Shown: piece by piece, positions 51,936-59,120 of the stretch | Numbering within the stretch: the stretch's first letter is position 1 | Layout: each line of letters starts with the position of its first letter | DNA from: an uncultured Planctomycetaceae bacterium | GTDB lineage: Bacteria; Planctomycetota; Phycisphaerae; SM23-33 | Direction: 5' to 3' | Assembly (NCBI GenBank): GCA_964536835.1 | Contig: CAZIAZ010000003.1 | Coordinates: forward strand, 6,103 to 70,102 | DNA: 64,000 bases | The notes under the pieces: generated by a model | Told to the model about the DNA's origin: nothing | Seen by the model: only the letters and a program-made list of their open reading frames with translations | Databases searched by the model: none | Position numbers and translations under genes: made by a program

Positions 51936-53606
51936 TCAGTTCATTGTCTTTTCAATTTTGTGTTGTATGAATTCTATCGGCGACGAATTCCATCGTGCGT
52001 ATTCATCCGGCTCCTGCAGCCACAAAACGGTGCTGTACGTGGAGACGGCGATGGCGGCAAGCAGTACAAGGGCGACTGCCGGCTCAATCAGCCATGTAGA
52101 GAATTTTCTGCGAGCCTTGACCGACGGCGGTATTATTTCGCTTATCACGCCGTAGACCGGCAGATTGAATATGCGAGCAGCCTCTTCAGGCGTTGAAACG
52201 GTACGGTCAAGTTTGTATAACAGGAAAATTACGGCCATGCCGAATGCAATGCCGCCGACGAATGCGAAAGCGAAAATCATGAGTATGTTCGGCGACGACG
52301 GGCCCAGCGGCACTTCCGCGCGGTTTATTTCGCTCAGCAGCGTGCGACGCTTGGAAACCTCGGCAGCCAGGATGTCCTTGACGTTTTTGACCTGCCGGTC
52401 CCAGTAATCGTAATCGTTGCGTTTGGACTGCCAGTCTTCCATTAGCTGGCCGTAAATCTTTTTGCCCTCGACGTAGCTTTCCTGGGCGGCTTCGAAGCCC
52501 TTGAGCTGCGTTGTGGCGAGAGTCAGGTTCGCCTTTATCTGTTCTATTTCTTCCTGTTTGCCGGCTGCCATCGCCGCGAATGACTGCAAACCCACACCCT
52601 GCGAATAAATTTTCTGTACCACGATTTCCGCCGGCGTACGCTTTATGCGGTCTTCCATCATCTTTATGCTGGCCTGGAGGGATTTGACGACGGGATGCTC
52701 GTCGGTCATGTGATCCAGAACCCTGGCGGTCTCAAGCTGGTTGCGATAATTCTGCAAATCCTTGTCCATCTGCGCCAGTTCGGGATTGGGGCCGTAAATG
52801 ACCTGCGAGGGCGAGTTGTTCGAATCGCTCTCTTCACGAGCCTTCATGAGTTTGGCGTATTCTTTCTGGGCGAGCATGAGCTGGCTTTCCAGGGCGGCTT
52901 TTTTGGCTTTGGTCTCCTGGATGTGTTGAAGTATGACAATCGGCGTGCCCATGGTAATGCCGACGTTTTTCTGCTCAAAGTCGCCGCGTTTTTCGTTGAT
53001 GATGGAGTAATCTTTTTCAGCCTGCTGTTTGCGGCTTATGAGATAGTCGAGGCTGTCCTGCAATCGGGTGCGGATGCTCTGGCTGATGTTGTTTATATAG
53101 ATTTTGATAAGTTCGTTGGGAACTTTGGCGGCTAGAAGGGGGTCGGTGGCTTTATATGCGACGATGACGTAGTCGACGTTCTGCGAGCGGACCTCGAATT
53201 CGATGGAAATGTTTTTCTTCATGTTGTCGATGAGCTGCTGACGTTCACGACGGCCTTTGTTGGTAAGTTGGCCGGTGTCGTATTCCCGTTCCAGCGGCTT
53301 TATAAGGCCGTCGGCTTCGAGTTCGTCGACAAGCTGTTCCATCGCGCTTTGCGTAATAAAATCCTGCGGGAGAGTCTTTTTGATTGTATCGAACGATTCG
53401 CTGCTTTTATCGTTGGTTTGCTGCGTGGCCACGTCACTGCGGCGTTCGAATACGGCACTGGAGGTGTATTTTTTCGGCATTACCCGCTGGGCGACCTGCA
53501 GGGCTATGATGCAGAAAAGCGCTGCGCAGAGCAGACATACCCTGCGGTATTTCATGAATACCCGCAGAATTTCGTTAAACGAAATGGATGTCGTCTGTTC
53601 CGGCAT
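51936..53606 (-). CDS. Polysaccharide chain-length determinant protein (Wzz/GumC-like)
   Basis: It has an N-terminal TM, a long periplasmic coiled-coil region and a C-terminal TM (MIFAFAFVGGIAFGMAVIFLL). Confidence 0.75.
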   Translation of the reverse strand: MPEQTTSISFNEILRVFMKYRRVCLLCAALFCIIALQVAQRVMPKKYTSSAVFERRSDVATQQTNDKSSESFDTIKKTLPQDFITQSAMEQLVDELEADGLIKPLEREYDTGQLTNKGRRERQQLIDNMKKNISIEFEVRSQNVDYVIVAYKATDPLLAAKVPNELIKIYINNISQSIRTRLQDSLDYLISRKQQAEKDYSIINEKRGDFEQKNVGITMGTPIVILQHIQETKAKKAALESQLMLAQKEYAKLMKAREESDSNNSPSQVIYGPNPELAQMDKDLQNYRNQLETARVLDHMTDEHPVVKSLQASIKMMEDRIKRTPAEIVVQKIYSQGVGLQSFAAMAAGKQEEIEQIKANLTLATTQLKGFEAAQESYVEGKKIYGQLMEDWQSKRNDYDYWDRQVKNVKDILAAEVSKRRTLLSEINRAEVPLGPSSPNILMIFAFAFVGGIAFGMAVIFLLYKLDRTVSTPEEAARIFNLPVYGVISEIIPPSVKARRKFSTWLIEPAVALVLLAAIAVSTYSTVLWLQEPDEYARWNSSPIEFIQHKIEKTMN

Positions 53607-53620
53607 ATATCACCGCGTGT

Positions 53621-54478
53621 TTATTGGCCTCCGCCGCCTCCGCCGCTGACCCATACGCCGTTGTCGTATGACGGGTCAAAGATGGCTCGAATGTCCCATA
53701 TGCCCTGCCTGGTTGCATCGAGCGGCGAAACAGCGTTCCATATCTTCCTGCCGACTGCTATGCACGGGTCGGGCTGAACGTAGACGACGTCGTTGGGCAT
53801 CAGGATGATGTTGTTCGACATGTCGCCGTATTTCGCCATCGCCATGATGTTTATTACCATTTTCTTTCTCGGCGACATTGGCCGTTCCCTGCGGACGCCT
53901 CTGTAATAATATCCCTTATCGTATTCGCTGCCCTGCTCCACTCCGCCGGACTGCGGCGAGTCGCCGCGTACGATTATTATACGCTCAGACCATGACTCCG
54001 GCGTCAGGCCGGCTTGCGCGACGGCGTCGAGGACGGTATCGCGACCGGTCCACTTTTTTGGGCCGGGATTTTTAACCTCACCCATGACGTAGTATCGCTG
54101 GGAGTCAAAACGCATGACGTCGACGTTAACAGTGGCTTCGGAGTAGTATTTCTCCGCAGCCCGCAGAATGTCACGCTCTATTTCATGCACGGTTTTGCCG
54201 GCGACGAATATTTCGCCGATGAGCGGCACATTTATCTTGCCGTCGGGCATGACGAGTATCTGCATGCCGCGCTTGCCCAGTTCCGGCCGAAATTCCCGCA
54301 TGTTGTCGGAACTGATGAGCAGCAGGTCGGGCGGATATACGCGATATTCAGGCGTAGCCACAGGGGTACGCGGCTCCGGCAGAAATTTGTTGACGGATTT
54401 CGCGTTATAACAGCCCGCTGCGAATGACAGCATTACACAAATCGCAATCGCAGCCAGATTTTTACAAGCAACACGCAT
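53621..54478 (-). CDS. Wza-like polysaccharide export outer-membrane lipoprotein (Poly_export plus SLBB)
   Basis: The start is at the MRVACKNLAAIAICVMLSFAAGC lipobox. The YRVYPPDLLLIS...MPDGKINVPLIGEIFVAGKTVHEIE pattern is Poly_export. This is the first gene of the operon. Confidence 0.8.
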   Translation of the reverse strand: MRVACKNLAAIAICVMLSFAAGCYNAKSVNKFLPEPRTPVATPEYRVYPPDLLLISSDNMREFRPELGKRGMQILVMPDGKINVPLIGEIFVAGKTVHEIERDILRAAEKYYSEATVNVDVMRFDSQRYYVMGEVKNPGPKKWTGRDTVLDAVAQAGLTPESWSERIIIVRGDSPQSGGVEQGSEYDKGYYYRGVRRERPMSPRKKMVINIMAMAKYGDMSNNIILMPNDVVYVQPDPCIAVGRKIWNAVSPLDATRQGIWDIRAIFDPSYDNGVWVSGGGGGGQ

Positions 54479-54691
54479 CAAATTGTCGTAAACTCCATAT
54501 CCGCATATCCTTACGCAATTACACCAACCGTGTTTCAGGGCTGACAGTCTTGCAAAAATATCCTCCGTGTGCCCAAAGCACATGGATACACTTAATCCGT
54601 ATCGGCATTTTCAGACAATAAAGCTCAGCCTTTTTGACGTTTTTATCCCAAAAAAAATTCATTAATAGCCGGAATACTTTTTCATAAGCAC

Positions 54692-54721
54692 TTGACATTT
54701 CATACCATGCGGCGATAGCAT
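54692..54721 (+). promoter_or_regulatory. Candidate sigma-70 promoter for the PAS-PP2C gene (TTGACA-18-TAGCAT)
   Basis: A TTGACA at 54692 and a TAGCAT at 54716 are separated by 18 nt. The site is about 185 nt upstream of the ATG at 54905. This is a sequence match only. Confidence 0.25.
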
Positions 54722-54904
54722 TAATGTGGAGCGGCTGAGCATCCGAGGATGTGTGATTTTAACCGCCGTTGATGAATCATATAAAAACAAGACGAATGCG
54801 TCCGTGGATTTAAACATATATCCGCAAAGTTGTGGACGGTCAGGCTTTCGGCGTTGACGTCAGAAAATTCCGGCAGCCTGGCAATCCGGAGGTTTTGGAA
54901 TAAG

Positions 54905-57001
54905 ATGCCCGGAATCATCATCATTGCATGTTTTGCGATTATTATAGGCCTTTTATCGGCTGCGCTGGCGGTTGTCAGGAAAAGGCTTCTTGCAGCCAGG
55001 CTGGACCTGGAGGCTGAATCGGACGCCAGGCAGGATTCAGACGTGATGATGCGACAGGTGGAATCGCAGTATCACGCCTTGCTGGAAGGCATAACCGAAG
55101 GGGTCGTAATCGTCGATTCCGGACATCGTATAAAGATGATAAACCAGACCATGTGTGACATATTCGTCACTGACCCCAAGGGCATTTTTGAGCAAAAATG
55201 TTTTGAGCATCTGTGCGGCTCGGAAAAACCGTGCGAAAATTGCCCTGGAATCTGGTCGATAGCATCCGGCAAGCCTGCCGTTTCCACTCTTGAAATGCAT
55301 CGCGCGGACGGTTCAAAGCTGGTCGCCAGAATACACTCAATGCCCGTCAAGGATAAAAACGGCGACTTGACCATGTTCATGCTGATTGTGGAAGATATAA
55401 CCAATCGACACGACTGGGAGACGTCAATCAGGCAGAACGAAAGGCGGTACAGAACGCTTTTCAGGGAATTGGGCGAAGGGTTCATGTATATAAAGTCCGA
55501 AAACTCTTCAAATGAGCAATCTGCCGTCAGTTTCAAAATATTGGATATGAACCCGGCCATGGAAGAGTTACTCGGCTCAAATCGAGCCGACATGATAGAC
55601 GCAGAAATAACACAGACGCCGCTAGGGAAGATACAGGAGTTCATGGAGCACATGAAAGCCGTTGATTCGCTCGGCAGTTCGGCTCAGGATGAAATTTATC
55701 TGCCGGAACTCGATAAATACATCGCCTACCGGATATTTAGGCCTTCGAGCATGCGTATTGCGGTAATATGCCGTGAAACTACGGAATATCGGCTCGCCGA
55801 GCAGCAACTCTCGGAGGCACAGGAACGTGAACTCGAATTCGGCACCCGTATTCAGCAGACGATGCTCAAAGGCCGGCGGCCTGAGCACCTCTGCGGCGTA
55901 GAGGTGGCCGTACACACCATTCCGTCATATAAAATCGACGGCGATTTTCACGACTTCATTACATATGACTCCAAACATTTTGACGTGATAATAGGAGACG
56001 TCATGGGCAAGGGCGGCTCGGCTGCACTGCTGGGGGCTGCCGCCAAGCTCGAATTCGTACGGGATATAGGCGCACTGCTTTCGGCGTCCGGCAATACCGA
56101 ACTTTCCACGCCGGAGGAAATCGTCAACAAGGTCCACGCCCATATCTGCGAAAACCTGATGGAACTCAGCAGTTTCGTGTCGGCGTGTTACGCCAGGTTC
56201 AACCTCGATAAAAAACGGCTGGACTACGTCGACTGCGGCCATACCGCCGTCGCGCACCACCGCAGCGCTGTCGGGGAGTTCAGCCTTCTTCACGGCGATA
56301 ATATGCCGCTCGGCTTTTCGGATGCGGAAGTTTATGCCCAGCATTCCGTAATTTTCAACGACGGCGATGTGTTCGTGTTTTATTCCGACGGCCTTATTCA
56401 GGCGACGGATGCCGCCGGCAATGTCTTCGGCGAGGAACGGCTAAAACATCATATCACCATGAACGCGCAGATGTCAGCCGAAATCGTCTGCCAGAAACTC
56501 ATCGAAGCCGTAAAAACCTTCACCGGCAAACCCAGCCAACTTGACGATCTGACCTGCATAGTTGTAAAAATAATCAGCCCAAAAGAAAACAATGTTCTTA
56601 TCCGCAAGGACATGAATTTGCGGCAGAAGCTGGTTGACCTTGTCGGGCTGAGGAATTTCATCCGCGCATGCTGTCAGGAGTCGCCGCTGACGCTTGACGA
56701 GGAATTCATTTCCCGCATTGAATTGGCGGCTAACGAAACCGCCAGCAATATCATATTCAATTCCGGAGAATCTGACGCTGCGATAACGGTTATTTTCAGC
56801 ATTTACGATTCGCAGGCTGTGGTGGATATCGTACATTCGGGGCAGATGCTCCCCGAAAAAGAAAGTACCTCGCCGGCGCTCGACGGAAGTGATGAGTCGG
56901 GATTCAGCCTGTTCCTCATAAGAAATTGCGTCGATAAGGTGGAATATGACAGGACTCCAGACGGGTTAAACAGAGTCAGATTGATAAAGTATATCGCGTA
57001 A
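54905..57001 (+). CDS. Membrane-anchored PAS-domain sensor phosphatase (PP2C/SpoIIE) fused to an RsbW-like HATPase_c domain
   Basis: The domain order is an N-terminal TM (IIIIACFAIIIGLLSAALAVV), two PAS-like regions, a PP2C core (DFHDF...GDVMGKGGSAALL...DDLTCIVVK) and a C-terminal GHKL-like region. Confidence 0.75.
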   Translation: MPGIIIIACFAIIIGLLSAALAVVRKRLLAARLDLEAESDARQDSDVMMRQVESQYHALLEGITEGVVIVDSGHRIKMINQTMCDIFVTDPKGIFEQKCFEHLCGSEKPCENCPGIWSIASGKPAVSTLEMHRADGSKLVARIHSMPVKDKNGDLTMFMLIVEDITNRHDWETSIRQNERRYRTLFRELGEGFMYIKSENSSNEQSAVSFKILDMNPAMEELLGSNRADMIDAEITQTPLGKIQEFMEHMKAVDSLGSSAQDEIYLPELDKYIAYRIFRPSSMRIAVICRETTEYRLAEQQLSEAQERELEFGTRIQQTMLKGRRPEHLCGVEVAVHTIPSYKIDGDFHDFITYDSKHFDVIIGDVMGKGGSAALLGAAAKLEFVRDIGALLSASGNTELSTPEEIVNKVHAHICENLMELSSFVSACYARFNLDKKRLDYVDCGHTAVAHHRSAVGEFSLLHGDNMPLGFSDAEVYAQHSVIFNDGDVFVFYSDGLIQATDAAGNVFGEERLKHHITMNAQMSAEIVCQKLIEAVKTFTGKPSQLDDLTCIVVKIISPKENNVLIRKDMNLRQKLVDLVGLRNFIRACCQESPLTLDEEFISRIELAANETASNIIFNSGESDAAITVIFSIYDSQAVVDIVHSGQMLPEKESTSPALDGSDESGFSLFLIRNCVDKVEYDRTPDGLNRVRLIKYIA

Positions 57002-57384
57002 ACTGTTTTCCTTGCTGCTGTCGATATATAATGGTGTGGTATGTAGAAAATGTTACTCAAAGTGACCGATTGACGATATTTGGTTCGGTAAATACTGGTT
57101 TTACACAAAGTTACACAAATTGTCAATTTGACAAAAATAGGTTGACAAATGATTGCCGTTAAATCAGAACCAAATGTAAAACAAGTATTTATCTTTACGC
57201 CTGGTACTCTGAAAGCCGTTAAATCGGTCAGTTTGAAAATGTTCTTTGTGATTCTACGGTTTTTTTAAAATAAAAAAAGCCGCAGATGAAGGCATCCGCC
57301 GCCAGGCGGACAGGCGATAGCCTGATAAATACGATGCTACGGTTTTAAGCCATAGAATTTTTACTTTGTGGATAAGGAAAAGAT

Positions 57385-57723
57385 ATGAAGCTAAACACTG
57401 AAATAAAAGGTGACGTAGCTATCGTCAGGATTGACGGGGATCATCTTGACGCCAGCACCCACGCCAAATTCGTGCAACAGCTCAAACCTGTTACGGACCA
57501 GTATTCAAAAATCATATTTGACATCGGCAGCCTTGAATTTATAGATTCATCTGGCATAGGCGTCATACTCGGCACGATGCGACGTGCCCGTGCAACTGGC
57601 GGCGACGTCAAACTTGCATGTCCGACGGAGGCAGTGACGTCGATATTCAATCTCGTGAGGATGAGCAGGCTGATAAATATCGTTCCGACCATAGATGAAG
57701 CCGTCGCCGGTTTTGGCCAATGA
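57385..57723 (+). CDS. STAS-domain anti-sigma-factor antagonist (SpoIIAA/RsbV-like)
   Basis: A 112-aa ORF. A conserved Ser context is present (FIDSSGIGVILG). AAGGAAAAGATATG provides an RBS. Confidence 0.8.
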   Translation: MKLNTEIKGDVAIVRIDGDHLDASTHAKFVQQLKPVTDQYSKIIFDIGSLEFIDSSGIGVILGTMRRARATGGDVKLACPTEAVTSIFNLVRMSRLINIVPTIDEAVAGFGQ

Positions 57724-57746
57724 CAATCTTGTATTTGACTCGATAT

Positions 57747-58304
57747 TCAGGAATTTTTGGTTTTTTTGATGGCTTGGCGAAGTAATGAGGCATAGGAACG
57801 GGGTTCATGGCCTTCGATTTGCAAGAGTTTGCGAGTCTTTTCCAGTTCGGCTTCGTCGGGGCCTTCGATTTCCACGAAAAATCCGAGCCTGTCGAGTTCG
57901 TCCAGTTCAATCCTGCAACAGCCCAGACGATAGCTGGTGCGTTTTTTGACCACTTCGAAAGTTTTTTCATAGCCTAACGAATTGAGAATTTTCCCGACAG
58001 CCGCCGGCGAGGAGACCGCCGTTTCATATTCAGGCCTTACTTTGGCCCAAACATCTTCGCGGGGGCCTTTCCATGTTAAAAAATATTCGTCGTCAGCCGC
58101 CCCGTCCAGATGCACCACATGCCGTAGTCGCAGACAACTGTCGCCGTTCATGACGCATCCGTCGGGCGTATCGTAAAAATCGTCCTTTTGGGTGACGTGG
58201 CAGAGGAATTCCGCGCCCAGCCCGGCTAGTCGGGCCTTGATTTTATCATGCGAATCGACGGGGATTTTAAGCTCTTTTTCTTTCATGCCACTAAAGTATG
58301 GCAT
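57747..58304 (-). CDS. CYTH-domain protein (class IV adenylyl cyclase / triphosphatase family)
   Basis: ELKIPV is an ExExK-like motif. The 185-aa length and beta-strand pattern fit the CyaB/ThTPase family. Confidence 0.7.
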   Translation of the reverse strand: MPYFSGMKEKELKIPVDSHDKIKARLAGLGAEFLCHVTQKDDFYDTPDGCVMNGDSCLRLRHVVHLDGAADDEYFLTWKGPREDVWAKVRPEYETAVSSPAAVGKILNSLGYEKTFEVVKKRTSYRLGCCRIELDELDRLGFFVEIEGPDEAELEKTRKLLQIEGHEPRSYASLLRQAIKKTKNS

Positions 58305-58365
58305 GTCGGCCGCTATTTTTCAAATTACATGGGGGCTTTTTTTGAAAAAATCCTTAAAAATTTTC

Positions 58366-58394
58366 TTGTCAAACTGGCGGATAGAGTGTATTAT
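58366..58394 (+). promoter_or_regulatory. Sigma-70-type promoter upstream of rpmH (TTGTCA-17-TATTAT)
   Basis: A near-consensus -35 and -10 lie at 58366 and 58389 with 17-bp spacing, about 100 nt upstream of the rpmH ATG. Confidence 0.5.
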
Positions 58395-58494
58395 CCCTGC
58401 CCCTCCGGCAAGTTCAGGCTTGATGGAGAGTTAGCGGTGATTTTAGAAGTGTTTTGAAAGTTTTTAAAGTAAAAATAAGAGGCTGAGGTGTAAA

Positions 58495-58629
58495 ATGCAT
58501 TATCCGCATCGTATTTCAAGGCGTAAAAGAGTCCGCAAATTCGGATTTTTGGCTCGCATGCGTTCCAGCAACGGCAGAAGCATCATCAATCGCAGGCGCG
58601 CACGTAAACGTCAGGCTACCATACTCTAA
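58495..58629 (+). CDS. rpmH: 50S ribosomal protein L34
   Basis: The 44-aa product MHYPHRISRRKRVRKFGFLARMRSSNGRSIINRRRARKRQATIL matches the L34 signature (R..GF.ARM....GR.....RR.KGR). GAGGTG provides an RBS. It is absent from the ORF track because it is shorter than 60 aa. Confidence 0.85.
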   Translation: MHYPHRISRRKRVRKFGFLARMRSSNGRSIINRRRARKRQATIL

Positions 58630-58680
58630 TCTGACCGTTTAAAATCGTTTAAGCGATTTTAAAAAATTTAAGAAATTACA

Positions 58681-58724
58681 AGCGTAGTGCAGCAGAAAAT
58701 TTTCTGCGCTACGCTTTTTGTTTG
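58681..58724 (+). terminator. Rho-independent terminator after rpmH
   Basis: AGCGTAGtgcagcagaaaattttctgcgCTACGCT forms a hairpin followed by TTTTGTTTG. Confidence 0.5.
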
Positions 58725-58889
58725 CGCACGATGAAATTTTTATAAAAATTTCCTGCAATTTTTCTGTAGGGCGTTTTTGCGTAATATAACGTCCTGATTT
58801 TCAACACCTTCCAGCCTTCCGCCGGCGGCGAAGGCTAGCGACCTACTTTTTAAAATAAACTACATTTTGGGGGTTGATTTTTTCGTATA

Positions 58890-58905
58890 ACACAATATAT
58901 TGGGT
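58890..58905 (+). promoter_or_regulatory. Candidate NrdR box upstream of nrdD
   Basis: ACACAATATATTGGGT matches the NrdR consensus acaCwAtATaTwGtgt at 15 of 16 positions. It lies about 230 nt upstream of the nrdD start. A 12-bp perfect palindrome CTGTTGCAACAG lies at 58910-58921. Confidence 0.45.
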
Positions 58906-59120
58906 TTCACTGTTGCAACAGGGTCTTTCTTGCCGATATTTAAGTATGAGCAATCCGGACTTTGTCGTGACATTTGGAGGCGAAGCGCATATTATGGTTG
59001 AAATCGAAAAGCGATATCGGATCCTCATCGGGTCACATTGATATTTTTCATACGATTTATTTATATTTTTAATAATAACGGTGGTAGTGTCCTCCTGCGG
59101 GAGGTGAAAAGGAGTCAGCG

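Noticed and set aside
57002-57384. Sigma-70 promoter call from the TTGACA hexamers at 57127 and 57143
   Set aside because: No acceptable -10 hexamer lies at 16-19-bp spacing. Only the palindrome and repeat observation is kept.
58910-58921. LexA (SOS) box interpretation of CTGTTGCAACAG
   Set aside because: The Gram-negative LexA box is CTGT-N8-ACAG (16 bp). This one is CTGT-N4-ACAG, so the spacing is wrong.
58975-59000. Second NrdR box (gcgcatattatggttg)
   Set aside because: It gives only a ~9 of 16 match to the consensus, and its spacing from box 1 (~95 bp) is atypical.
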